Shown here piece by piece: positions 15,576-24,701 of a stretch of DNA of 39,094 nt. The notes beneath the pieces are model-generated. The model searched no databases and had not been told where the DNA came from. It worked only from the letters and a program-made list of their open reading frames with translations. This DNA is from a virus. Taxonomy: Duplodnaviria > Caudoviricetes. The stretch spans positions 1-39,094 of IMG/VR virus record IMGVR_UViG_3300048574_000242. One strand, 5' to 3'. Each line of letters opens with the position of its first letter. Position 1 is the stretch's first letter. The translations under genes and the position numbers were made by a program.

Positions 15576-15718
15576 ACGAGGTCATGCAATCGGCCGAGCG
15601 GGCCACGCTGGCGCTGTTTTGCGGCGGGGGCATCCTGTTCCTCGCCATGCTGATCACCTGGATTTGCCTGCGGATTGAAGAAAAGGCCGGCCGGCGCGGC
15701 GGCTACTATCAGAAATAA
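15572..15718 (+). CDS. 48-aa single-TM protein (not in the ORF track)
   Basis: ATGA overlap; MNEVMQSAERATLALFCGGGILFLAMLITWICLRIEEKAGRRGGYYQK. Confidence 0.55.
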   Translation: MNEVMQSAERATLALFCGGGILFLAMLITWICLRIEEKAGRRGGYYQK

Positions 15719-15736
15719 CCTGGAAAGGACGAAGCG

Positions 15737-16495
15737 ATGATCTTAGAAGCCACAATGGTACGCAGTCTGAAAGGGGCGCCGGCGACCGTGCTGCTGCTGA
15801 TGCTGCTGGAGCGCCGTCCGCTGGCGCAGGCTTATATTTGCCGGCACACCGGTTACAGCGATAAGGTGATCCACGACGCCATGCTGCTGCTGGCCGATTA
15901 CGGCATGGTCAATGCGACCGGGCGCTACACCTGGCAGCTCAGCGCCGGCGCACAGCAGCTCCCCCTGATGCAAGGGCTGCTCGGCGATGGCGCAGCGGAC
16001 GAAGCGCAAGCCAGCTCGGAATCTTTCCGACCTGGTGAAGAAGCGCAGGCAGTCATCGAGGCGGAAATCCGGCCGGCGCAGGCCGACAGAACGGAATCTT
16101 TCCGAGCTGGGGACGAAATAAGCCCGAAAACGGAATTTAGGTCGGAATCTTTCCGACCTAAATCGTCTCTAGCTAGTAGTAGTAGTTTAAATCCAGAACT
16201 TAACTTGAATCATGATCCACTACCACCACTAGATTCGCCCAGGTCGGAAAATTTCCGAGCTAACCTGGCTGAACTGGACGGCCTGGGCGTACGCGAACCG
16301 GCGCGCAGCCGGCTGGCCGGGCTGGCGCACGTCACCCCGGCGCTGATCCGGGCGCACTTCGCCGCCGCGGGGGTCACCCCCGGCCAGGCGCTGTACCGCA
16401 TCGAGCACAATTGGGCGGCTCCGGCCGCCGGCCCCGCTGCCGAACGCCGCCGGCGCTACGTCACCCAGGAATACGCGGAATACATCGAGCACTGA
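15737..16495 (+). CDS. Replication initiator (lambda O-like organisation)
   Basis: N-terminal wHTH; internal repeats (ESFRP) and an AT-rich stretch; follows ssb. Confidence 0.75.
   Translation: MILEATMVRSLKGAPATVLLLMLLERRPLAQAYICRHTGYSDKVIHDAMLLLADYGMVNATGRYTWQLSAGAQQLPLMQGLLGDGAADEAQASSESFRPGEEAQAVIEAEIRPAQADRTESFRAGDEISPKTEFRSESFRPKSSLASSSSLNPELNLNHDPLPPLDSPRSENFRANLAELDGLGVREPARSRLAGLAHVTPALIRAHFAAAGVTPGQALYRIEHNWAAPAAGPAAERRRRYVTQEYAEYIEH
16017..16258. other. Putative replication origin: four palindromic iterons plus AT-rich segment
   Basis: CGGAATCTTTCCGA at 16017, 16092 and 16143; CGGAAAATTTCCGA at 16245; AT-rich 16170-16215. Confidence 0.8.
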
Positions 16496-16496
16496 T

Positions 16497-16709
16497 ATGA
16501 GCATCCCAAACGTTGAGGAATTCGAGCGGTATCTGGCGGCCTGCACCCCGGAAGAGCGCGCCGAAGCGGAAGCGGTGGTGCTGTGGGTGGAGAACTGCGG
16601 CAAGGCGGCCGGTATGCCCGCCTTCGGCCGGCAGAGCGCCATCGATCTGGCGATGGCGATGATGGCCTGGCTGGCGATGATTGAAGCCAGAAAGGCGCAG
16701 CGGAAATGA
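16497..16709 (+). CDS. Hypothetical protein
   Basis: 70-aa ORF coupled to both neighbours. Confidence 0.6.
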   Translation: MSIPNVEEFERYLAACTPEERAEAEAVVLWVENCGKAAGMPAFGRQSAIDLAMAMMAWLAMIEARKAQRK

Positions 16710-17281
16710 GCGCGGTGTATCAGACTTCCGCCGATAAGGCTCGCGCGATTGTGGGCGACCGGAGAGAAGGGCGGCCGTCGAACGATTTCTACCCGACGCC
16801 GCCGGAGCTGACCCAGGCGCTCTTGATGCGCGAATCGTTTTCAAACCGAGTGTTAGAGCCTGCCTGCGGGGATGGGGCGATCAGCCGGGTATTGGAAGCG
16901 CACGGCTACCAGGTCTTTTCATCGGATGTTGAATATCGGGGGTACGGCGTACCTGAGAGCCTGGATTTCTTGAATACGCAATACGCGGGCGGCGATATCG
17001 TCACCAATCCGCCGTTCAAGCTGGCGAACCGTTTCATCGAACACGCGATGTAGGATTTGATGGTGCGCAAAATGGCGCTGCTGATGAAGCTTTCCGCCCT
17101 GGAATCGCAGTCCAGGAAGCCGCTGCTTGAACGTTACCTGCAGCGCGTTTATGTGTTTTCGGAGCGGGTTTCGTTTTTTCGTAATGGAGAGCCGGAGAGC
17201 AATAACGGCGGAATGCTCGCCTTCGCCTGGTTTATTTTCTACCAGGATAAGGTCGGGGATGCGGTCGTCCGGTGGATTTAA
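16706..17281 (+). pseudogene. Phage DNA adenine methyltransferase interrupted by an in-frame TAG (17051-17053)
   Basis: DFYPTPP, LEPACGDG, IVTNPPF motifs; the frame continues past TAG as DLMVRKMALLMKL...AFAWFIF. Confidence 0.8.
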
Positions 17282-17294
17282 GGAGGCTGGAGCG

Positions 17295-17828
17295 ATGAAA
17301 CCATCATTTGATTATCAAGCCGGCATGCGGGCTGCGCAAAACGTCCTAACGCTGATCGCGTCGGCCTGTCAGCGGGTCGAGATCGCCGGCAGCCTGCGCC
17401 GGAAGTGCGCGAGCGTGCACGACGTGGATCTGGTCATCTGGCCGAAGTATTCGCGGATGGAGGTGGCCGATCTATTCGGCGGGCAGCGTCAAATCACCTA
17501 TGTCCCTTCGATGCTGAAAAGCGCGCTGATCGATTACGCCAAATTCCCGGACGAGACCAAGATCGTCCGTTTCGAGATGCAGCGGATTCCGGTTGATTTG
17601 TATTTGTGCGAGCCCGACGGGCGCAATTTCGCGGCGCTGTGGCAGATGCGGACGGGGTCGGCCGAGCATAACCGCAACCTGGCTACCCAGGCCAGGCGCA
17701 AGAATTTGATGTACCGGGCTGGCCATGGGATTTACCTGGACAATGCGCGCGTGGACGACGGCAGCGAAGCCGGTATTTATACGGCGCTCGGATTGAGCTA
17801 TCCGAATCCAGAAAGCCGGGTGCAGTGA
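17295..17828 (+). CDS. Minimal family X DNA polymerase (palm + thumb only)
   Basis: IAGSLRR, HDVDLVI (DxD), VDLY, TGSAEHN, EAGIYTALGLSYPNPESR; AGGAGG RBS. Confidence 0.88.
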   Translation: MKPSFDYQAGMRAAQNVLTLIASACQRVEIAGSLRRKCASVHDVDLVIWPKYSRMEVADLFGGQRQITYVPSMLKSALIDYAKFPDETKIVRFEMQRIPVDLYLCEPDGRNFAALWQMRTGSAEHNRNLATQARRKNLMYRAGHGIYLDNARVDDGSEAGIYTALGLSYPNPESRVQ

Positions 17829-18286
17829 TGCCGACCTACGCAAAAGATACGACCGTCGCGGTGGAGAGATCGAAAGGCGAGATCGAGCGCACGCTGCAGC
17901 GCTTCGGCGCGAGCGCGTTCATGTACGGCTGGGACGCCGGCCGGGCGGTGGTGGGCTTCGAGGTGAGTGGCCGCCGTTACCGCATCACCCTGCCGCTGCC
18001 GGCGAAAAACGAATTTCGCCTGACAGCCACCGGGCGGGTGCGGTCCAGTGCTGCGGCAGTGGAAGAGGCCTGGGAGCAGGCCTGCCGGCAGCGCTGGCGG
18101 GCGTTGGCGCTGTGGATCAAGGCGGTGCTGGAGGCGGCCGAGGCCGGCATCACCAGCGTGGACGAGGCCATGCAGCCGTTTGTGGTGCTGCCAAACGGTG
18201 AAACAGCGGGGCGCTGGCTGGCTCCGCAAATCGATGCGGCGTATCAGACCGGCTCCATGCCGGCGTTGCTGCCGGATGGAGCATGA
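17828..18286 (+). CDS. Phage hypothetical protein
   Basis: YAKDTTVAVERSKGEIERTLQRFGA...QRWRALALWIKA; coupled. Confidence 0.7.
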   Translation: MPTYAKDTTVAVERSKGEIERTLQRFGASAFMYGWDAGRAVVGFEVSGRRYRITLPLPAKNEFRLTATGRVRSSAAAVEEAWEQACRQRWRALALWIKAVLEAAEAGITSVDEAMQPFVVLPNGETAGRWLAPQIDAAYQTGSMPALLPDGA

Positions 18287-18510
18287 TTGGCACTATGAAA
18301 TTGGAAGAAAAGAGACTGGTTTTCCTGAAGCGACTTGATGAACTCCTGCCATTGGAGGCGCAGATCGACGCTCTGGAGGCGGTTTTGAGCGTATTGGAAT
18401 ATAGAGAGGGATTCGGCAGGGTGGATATCGAAGTCAAGGACCGGAAAGTATTTAAAGTATCTGCGATGATGACACTCATGCCGGCTAAGAGAAAATGTGA
18501 TGAAGAATGA
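18283..18510 (+). CDS. Small hypothetical protein (weak YezD/DUF2292 resemblance)
   Basis: GFGRVDIEVKDRKVFKV; last gene of the early operon. Confidence 0.5.
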   Translation: MIGTMKLEEKRLVFLKRLDELLPLEAQIDALEAVLSVLEYREGFGRVDIEVKDRKVFKVSAMMTLMPAKRKCDEE

Positions 18511-18526
18511 TTTGTAGCACATCTGG

Positions 18527-19459
18527 TTAATTTGTTTCTACTGTCCATTCTCCTGAGGATTTAACAACGAGTATAAAAGTACCATTGGGAATGAGAACCG
18601 TTCCAGTATAGGGACCAATTTCATTAACAAGCAAACTAACACTATTGCCATAAGCAAAAACAATAAAATTGCTCTCGCCTTGGCGATTGAATGTAGCCTT
18701 TTTGGGATCCCCGATTACTAATATGACATCATCACCGCTCCCTTGGTAAGTTCCTGGATTGTTTATGCTTTGGAGTACGTCTGGTTGTAGGGGAGTTATG
18801 GTCATTGTCCAATCCCCACTGGATTGGATCTGAATCATCGATGTCATTTCACCATCTTTAAAATCAAGCTCTAACCGCCCCTTATAACTTCCAATCGAAT
18901 TAACCAAAAGGCCTATCTGGTTCCCATTCGCATCAAAGTTTTGAACAATAAAATTGCTGCCACCGGAATAAGTAATATCGAGAATTGCCGGCCCTACAGG
19001 CATAACTTCAACAACATCATCACCGCTTCCCTGGAAGGTTTGAGGGGCTGGGGGCTGGGTAGGGGTAAGTGTTGGTGCTTTTGTTTTCGTAGGTTCCGAA
19101 GTTTGTGTAGGTATTGGAGTTTCGGTTGGTTTTGCCGTTTCAGTTAATGAAATTCCTACTTTGAATTCTTCTGTTGTTGCCATTGCTACCGACGTGGCCG
19201 TTTTATTTGCTTTATATTCAGGTGAGCTAGTATAGGAGAAAAAGCTAATTAACACGAGCAAGGCGATACCATAACTTGCTGTTATGGCCACTATGCCAAA
19301 TATTCTTTGATTGCCACCTTTTTTGATGGATTTAATACTCCATTTGGTAATCTCAAATAAGAGCCAAAAAGGAAGAAATAAAATTCTGAGGCCCCACACA
19401 AAGCACCCAGTTTTTTTGTTTTGAGAATCAACATTTTGATTTAGATTGAGATCTGTCAT
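18527..19459 (-). CDS. AT-rich moron: membrane-anchored surface protein with two beta-rich repeats
   Basis: Two TM segments, PT-rich linker, two QGSGDDV...SNFIV...LLVN.IG.Y.G...SSG.WT repeats; GGGAGG RBS. Confidence 0.8.
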   Translation of the reverse strand: MTDLNLNQNVDSQNKKTGCFVWGLRILFLPFWLLFEITKWSIKSIKKGGNQRIFGIVAITASYGIALLVLISFFSYTSSPEYKANKTATSVAMATTEEFKVGISLTETAKPTETPIPTQTSEPTKTKAPTLTPTQPPAPQTFQGSGDDVVEVMPVGPAILDITYSGGSNFIVQNFDANGNQIGLLVNSIGSYKGRLELDFKDGEMTSMIQIQSSGDWTMTITPLQPDVLQSINNPGTYQGSGDDVILVIGDPKKATFNRQGESNFIVFAYGNSVSLLVNEIGPYTGTVLIPNGTFILVVKSSGEWTVETN

Positions 19460-19793
19460 TTTTCCTCCCTACGATCTTTATCTTAATTTTGATTTACTTC
19501 AACAAGAATTTGCAGTAATCAATGAGTTTTTTGTTTTGATTGGTTGTGGTGGTGGAAATCATTTTGGAGTGAACCGCACGGATGAACAACCGTATTATCA
19601 ACCAAGATTGGATATTGCGACCTCTGTTTCCTCCTTCTCATAATACTTCTGTACAACTTGTTGCATTAGTAGTTGCTATATAACGAAGATTTCATTAAAT
19701 ATATATAGCATAATCCATATAAGTCAAGTTCAAACTATAAGAGATTTCATACAAATTGGTATTGTTTTATCTTATTCTTTGGCTCGTGTTCTA

Positions 19794-19822
19794 TTGAGCT
19801 ATCAGAAAATTTGATCTATAAT
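19794..19822 (+). promoter_or_regulatory. Late promoter
   Basis: TTGAGC-N17-TATAAT upstream of the lysis/morphogenesis operon. Confidence 0.65.
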
Positions 19823-19847
19823 GTAGTCATAGCTTACGAGGACATTG

Positions 19848-19906
19848 ATCCCGGGGCTCCGAAATCCGTATTTTTGCGGATGGTTGGAGTTCCGGGATTT
19901 TTATTT
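19848..19906 (+). terminator. Leader terminator/attenuator of the late operon
   Basis: ATCCCGGGGCTCC...GGAGTTCCGGGAT stem enclosing ATCCGTA/TGCGGAT, followed by TTTTATTT. Confidence 0.7.
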
Positions 19907-19927
19907 AACTTTTTCTCCGGAGGTTCT

Positions 19928-20320
19928 ATGGATATCGACATTTTGAACATCGTTTCGCTGCTGGCCGGCTACATCGGCCTGCTGATCGGGGTCATCCTGT
20001 TTCTGGGGGTGTTTATCGAGAGCATCGTCGAGGCTGTGCTGGCGCCGCTCTTCGATCACTTCCCGCGGCTGGAGCCGTACAAGTGGGCGCAGGCTTACGC
20101 GGCGGTTGTTTTGGGGGTGGTCGCGGCTTTCCTGTTCCGCCTGGACCTGATCCACCTGGTGGGCATGCTGCTGGCCGCGCTGACCAAGGTGGACCCGAAC
20201 CCGATCCCGATCACGGTGTTCGGGTTGATCTTGACCGGGTTAGCCATCGGCAAGGGCAGCAACTATCTGCACGAACTGATCAAGCTGGTGCTGCCGGGCA
20301 AATCCGTCGCGCAAGGCTGA
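19928..20320 (+). CDS. Holin-like membrane protein
   Basis: Multiple TM segments; GLILTGLAIGKGSNYLHELI; first late gene; GGAGG RBS. Confidence 0.7.
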   Translation: MDIDILNIVSLLAGYIGLLIGVILFLGVFIESIVEAVLAPLFDHFPRLEPYKWAQAYAAVVLGVVAAFLFRLDLIHLVGMLLAALTKVDPNPIPITVFGLILTGLAIGKGSNYLHELIKLVLPGKSVAQG

Positions 20321-20322
20321 GG

Positions 20323-20568
20323 ATGGACTGGTCCAACCTGCTCACTCAACTTCCGGCGCTGGGCGCGTTCATCTGGTTCACGCTGGAAATTCAGAAGCGC
20401 TACATCGCCTCGATGGACAAACGGGACGAGCGTTACCTGGCCGTCCTGGATAAGCTCTCGGACAAGATCGACGGGCACGACAAGCACGTCGAGGAGCGCG
20501 TCAACCAGGCGATTGAGCAAGTCAAGCCGCGCCGGCGAACGGTGAAAGGGAATTCGAATGAACGGTAA
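20323..20568 (+). CDS. BhlA/UviB-like holin
   Basis: Single N-terminal TM followed by KRDERYLAVLDKLSDKI. Confidence 0.7.
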   Translation: MDWSNLLTQLPALGAFIWFTLEIQKRYIASMDKRDERYLAVLDKLSDKIDGHDKHVEERVNQAIEQVKPRRRTVKGNSNER

Positions 20569-21517
20569 AGGTTTCATGATCTGGAAGGCAGCCGATCCGG
20601 AAATGGCCGCGCCGGCCGCGCTGGCTACCCTGGCGGCGACCTCCGGCTTTCGGCATTTGGAGATCAAAATCGCCGACGGCCCGGTGGGCTACAACCTGGC
20701 TTACCTGCGCGAGCTGGTCAGCGCCTGCCACGCCCTGGGGGTGCAGGTGTGGGGCTGGCAGTACGTCTATGGGGTATTCCCCGCCCAGGAGGCCGAGCGC
20801 GCCAAGTACGTCATGGCCGAGTACGACCTGGACGGATTTCTGATCGACGCCGAGGTCGAGTACAAACTGGCCGGCGCGGGCGCGGCCAAGGTTTATATGG
20901 CCCGGCTGCGCGAGGGGTGGAACGGCAAGCCGATTGGGCTGTGCACCTACCGCTTCCCTTCGCTGCATCCCGAGTTCCCCTGGGACGTGTTCGCCGGCCA
21001 GGTGGATTTCTTCGCGCCGCAGATGTATTGGGTCGAGGCGCACAACCCGGCCGACCAATTAACGAACTGCCTGAAGGAATACCGTGCGCGCTGGCCGGGG
21101 AAGAAGGTCGCGCCGGTGGGGGCGGCCTACCAGGAGAACGGCTGGCGGGCGACGCCGGGCGAAATCAAGGAATTCGCCGAGGCGGTCCAGACGGCGGGCC
21201 TGAGCGGGTACAGTTTTTGGGAGTGGAACAACGCGATCCGTTACGGCCTGTGGGATACCGTCGCCGGCCTGGAAGTGGAAACCGGCGAGGATGCTGAACC
21301 CGCGCCGACGCGGGCGACCGTGCGCACCGCGGTGCTCAACTTCCGCTCAGCGCCGGTGGTGGACGCGAAGAACATCATCACCGGGCTGCCGCGCGGCGCT
21401 GAAGCCGAGCTGGTCAACCTGGTGACGGACGCAGCGGGCAACACCTGGGCGCAGGTCAACCTCAGCGGGTGGGTGGCGGTCAAGTACCGCGGCTCCACGC
21501 TGGCGGAGTTGAGCTGA
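20558..21517 (+). CDS. Endolysin (TIM-barrel glycoside hydrolase-like + SH3b-like domain)
   Basis: IKIADG, VWGWQYVYG, FLIDAEVEY, PQMYW; C-terminal VLNFRSAP...GWVA; follows the holins. Confidence 0.75.
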   Translation: MNGKGFMIWKAADPEMAAPAALATLAATSGFRHLEIKIADGPVGYNLAYLRELVSACHALGVQVWGWQYVYGVFPAQEAERAKYVMAEYDLDGFLIDAEVEYKLAGAGAAKVYMARLREGWNGKPIGLCTYRFPSLHPEFPWDVFAGQVDFFAPQMYWVEAHNPADQLTNCLKEYRARWPGKKVAPVGAAYQENGWRATPGEIKEFAEAVQTAGLSGYSFWEWNNAIRYGLWDTVAGLEVETGEDAEPAPTRATVRTAVLNFRSAPVVDAKNIITGLPRGAEAELVNLVTDAAGNTWAQVNLSGWVAVKYRGSTLAELS

Positions 21518-21876
21518 TGCCGCGAGCTGCCTACCATATCTGCACGTACCCAGGCTGCAACGCATTAGTGCGGTCTGGGCGCTGCGCTGCGCACAGGCAG
21601 ATCAATGCAGGACGCAACTATCTGCGCGATCCGCAGGTGCAGGCGCTATACAACTCAGCGGAGTGGCGGGCGATTCGGGAGGATCAACTCAAAGCCGAGC
21701 CGTGGTGCCGTGAGTGCAAGGGACGCGGCAACCTGGTCCGCGCGACAGACGTGGACCACATCACTCCTCATAAGGGCGACCGGGAAGCATTCTTTCGTGG
21801 TCCGTTTCAATCGCTCTGTCATCAATGTCACACACGCAAGACAAACAGCGAGCGTCGAGGCAACCGGGGGGCCTGA
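21517..21876 (+). CDS. Terminase-associated HNH endonuclease
   Basis: EPWCREC...ATDVDHITPHKGD...QSLCHQCHTRKT. Confidence 0.93.
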   Translation: MPRAAYHICTYPGCNALVRSGRCAAHRQINAGRNYLRDPQVQALYNSAEWRAIREDQLKAEPWCRECKGRGNLVRATDVDHITPHKGDREAFFRGPFQSLCHQCHTRKTNSERRGNRGA

Positions 21877-21945
21877 AAAAGTTTTCAGGTTTCAAAGGTA
21901 AAGCCGGTTTTTCGTTGCTTTTTGAAAAATTCCCCGATCGAAACT
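21861..21945. other. Probable cos region
   Basis: G-run then A-run (CCGGGGGGCCTGAAAAAG) between HNH and terS, the typical location; exact cut site not determinable. Confidence 0.4.
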
Positions 21946-21955
21946 ATTAAAAATT

Positions 21956-22441
21956 ATGCCCACACCCATACAAAGCGCGGACAAAATGAGCCCGGGCGGG
22001 CGAGACGGAGGTAAACACTGGACAAAAGCTGAAATTGAATCAAGGGCGGAGGCTCAAAAAGAAAGTGTCAGACGAAAACGCATAACGCTCAAGCCTCCCG
22101 ACTGGTTGTCGGATGAAGCGCTCAAAGTTTGGAAAGACCTGAAGAAAAAACTTAAAGATATTGAGCTGCTTGACAACCTGGATACAGAAATGCTCGCGAT
22201 CTATTGTGATGCGATAGTCCATTACCGAGAAACAATTGCTTTGCTCAATTACGACCGGGTTGTAACGAAAGACGGCAGGCCGGTTTTCCGAGAGGATATT
22301 GAAAAAGCTGCCCAATCATGGGCGCGGATCATTGCAAACTATGCTGACAAATTAGGGCTCTCCCCAGCTGGGCGGGCAAGATTGGCCAAAAAGAAGGCTG
22401 AAAAAGTTGTCGACGAGTTTGAAGATAAATTTGGAGGTTGA
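21956..22441 (+). CDS. terS: Terminase small subunit (P27 family)
   Basis: PPDWLSDEALKVW...LAIYC...LGLSPAGRARL. Confidence 0.92.
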   Translation: MPTPIQSADKMSPGGRDGGKHWTKAEIESRAEAQKESVRRKRITLKPPDWLSDEALKVWKDLKKKLKDIELLDNLDTEMLAIYCDAIVHYRETIALLNYDRVVTKDGRPVFREDIEKAAQSWARIIANYADKLGLSPAGRARLAKKKAEKVVDEFEDKFGG

Positions 22442-24155
22442 AGATTTGATCCATCCTTGTACCCAATATGCACTTGATATCGTTGAGAAACGGCGAATCG
22501 TTGGCAGGTCTGAGTACCTGGCCTGCAAGCGCCATCTTGACGATCTTGAGCGCCAGGGCAGCGAGGAGTTTCCGTGGATCTTCGACGAAGCGAAAGCTAA
22601 TAAGATTTACGACTGGTTCCACTATTGCCACCATGTGAAAGGCGCGTTGGCAGGGCAACCTATCGAGCTGGAACCCTTTCAAAAGTTCGACTTGGGTTGT
22701 ATTTTCGGATGGGTTCATAAAGATACCGGGCTACGAAAATATGAAAAATCCTTTTCTTTGATGGCTCGCAAAAATGCGAAATCGACAATCATGTCGGGAA
22801 TCGCGTTGTATCTGATGGCGGGCGATAAGGAAGAGAGTCCAGAGGTGTACTGCGCAGCCGTAGATCGGGAGCAGGCGCGAATCGTGTGGAAAGACGCGCG
22901 CTCTATGGCGCAGAAGTCTCCGGACATTCGAAAACGGCTGAAGATTCGCAACAATCTGATTACCCATCTCACGCGCGGCGGCGAGTTGATCCCGCTCAGC
23001 AAAGAGACGAAAAACAAAGATGGTTATAACCCGTCCGGAGCGATCATCGACGAATATCATGCGCATTCAACGTCTGAAATATACGATCTGATTTGGTCGG
23101 CGTGGGGGCAGCGCAACCAGGCGCTTATGGCCATTATCTCCACAGCCGGATTTGAGACGGTCGAGAATCCGTGCTACGACGAATACACCTACTGTAAGAA
23201 AATTCTTACTGGCGAGATCGTCAACGAGCGCTATTTCGTCATGATTCGTGAGCTGGATCCTGATGATGATGAGCATAATCCGTCAATCTGGATCAAAGCC
23301 AACCCGCTGCGGGCAGCCACACCCGCGGGCCTGGCCAAGCTAAAAGAACAACACGACGAGGCTTTTAACTCGGGAATACCCGAAAAAATCCGCAATTTTC
23401 GCGTAAAAAACCTCAATAAGTGGGTCAACGAATCAGAAAGTGGCTACATTGGGGATCACATTCACAAATGGAAAGAGCTGGCTGTAAGCCGTGATGAATT
23501 CCTGGAATTGACGCGCGGATTGAGCTGTATCAACGGAGCTGATCTGTCCAAGAAGATCGACCTTACCGGCGACGGATTTGCGTTTTTACTCCCGGATGGA
23601 CGCTATGCAGTCTGCGCGCAAGGTTTTATTCCAGCGGCAGCCATTTCAAAACACGAAAAGACCGACGATGTACCCTACCGGGAATGGGCAAAGGCCGGAT
23701 GGATTACTGAAACTCCTGGAGAGGTGACCGATTACCACGAAATCGAAACCTATATCCATGACATGGAACTTGAAGGAAAGTGGAAGATAGAAGAGTTTGC
23801 TTATGACCCTTATAACGCAACTCAATTCGCAAACACCTTGATGGATGAAGGCTATACCTGTGTGGAAATCCGCCAGGGCGTGCAAACGCTGAGCGAACCA
23901 ACGAAGCTGTTTCGCGAAGCCATTATCTCAGGAAATCTGGTGCATGACGGCTCGCCGGCCTTGACCTGGTGTTTAGCCAACGCGGTGGTGGCTCAGGACA
24001 GTAATGAAAATATTAAGCTTTCGAAAAAGAATGCGTCCGATGCAAAACGAATCGACCTGTTGGCGGCCGTCATTAACGCGATGGTTCGGGTGCATATACT
24101 CGAGGAAGGTGGAGATATCAGCGATGAAATCCTTGACGATGAGTGGGGTATGTAG
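22407..24155 (+). CDS. terL: Terminase large subunit (start possibly TTG 22446)
   Basis: ARKNAKS Walker A, IIDEYH Walker B, ISTAG, GADLSKKIDLT, YDPYNA, RIDLLAA. Confidence 0.96.
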   Translation: MSTSLKINLEVEDLIHPCTQYALDIVEKRRIVGRSEYLACKRHLDDLERQGSEEFPWIFDEAKANKIYDWFHYCHHVKGALAGQPIELEPFQKFDLGCIFGWVHKDTGLRKYEKSFSLMARKNAKSTIMSGIALYLMAGDKEESPEVYCAAVDREQARIVWKDARSMAQKSPDIRKRLKIRNNLITHLTRGGELIPLSKETKNKDGYNPSGAIIDEYHAHSTSEIYDLIWSAWGQRNQALMAIISTAGFETVENPCYDEYTYCKKILTGEIVNERYFVMIRELDPDDDEHNPSIWIKANPLRAATPAGLAKLKEQHDEAFNSGIPEKIRNFRVKNLNKWVNESESGYIGDHIHKWKELAVSRDEFLELTRGLSCINGADLSKKIDLTGDGFAFLLPDGRYAVCAQGFIPAAAISKHEKTDDVPYREWAKAGWITETPGEVTDYHEIETYIHDMELEGKWKIEEFAYDPYNATQFANTLMDEGYTCVEIRQGVQTLSEPTKLFREAIISGNLVHDGSPALTWCLANAVVAQDSNENIKLSKKNASDAKRIDLLAAVINAMVRVHILEEGGDISDEILDDEWGM

Positions 24156-24701
24156 ATGTCATCCCAACTAATGTCAAAGTTTAAAGATATGGAAAGCGGC
24201 CGGCCAGTTGCTATCTTAGGCGGCGGACCGAGTCTGCCCAGCGATATAGCGCGCCTTCCAGCCGGCTGCCTGCTGATAGCAGTTAATTACCATGCTTCAC
24301 GCATCTGCAAGCCTGATTTCATGGTTTATAACGATTTCCCGTCGTCAGACCCTCTATTAGCGGATGCAGTAGCAAGTTTCGAAGGTGTAAAGGTCAGCCC
24401 GGAGCCATCCTCAGACGTAGTGTTCGATGTGCCGGTATGGACTGGGTTTTACAGCTCTAACACAGCGACCTGGTTCGGCTTGTGGTTGGGATGTGACCCG
24501 GTCATCTTGTGCGGAATGGACTGCTACCAGGGAGAACGTAAATATTTCCATGATTATGAGGATAAGCCTCACTTTCATTACCCGCTGTCCCATCATCTAC
24601 AGCCGTGGATTGAAGACGCAAAGGCCATGCTGCCTAATTGTGAACGAGTCAAGGCCATGTCTGGCCCGCTAATTCAGGTCTTTGGAGCCTACAACCCATG
24701 A
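24156..24701 (+). CDS. Maf/MptE-like (DUF115) transferase, possible glycosyltransferase
   Basis: VAILGGGPSL, IAVN, SSNTA...LGCDPVILCGMDC. Confidence 0.7.
   Translation: MSSQLMSKFKDMESGRPVAILGGGPSLPSDIARLPAGCLLIAVNYHASRICKPDFMVYNDFPSSDPLLADAVASFEGVKVSPEPSSDVVFDVPVWTGFYSSNTATWFGLWLGCDPVILCGMDCYQGERKYFHDYEDKPHFHYPLSHHLQPWIEDAKAMLPNCERVKAMSGPLIQVFGAYNP

Noticed and set aside
17051-17053. Genome-wide TAG recoding
   Set aside because: Several core genes end correctly at TAG; only one gene is interrupted.
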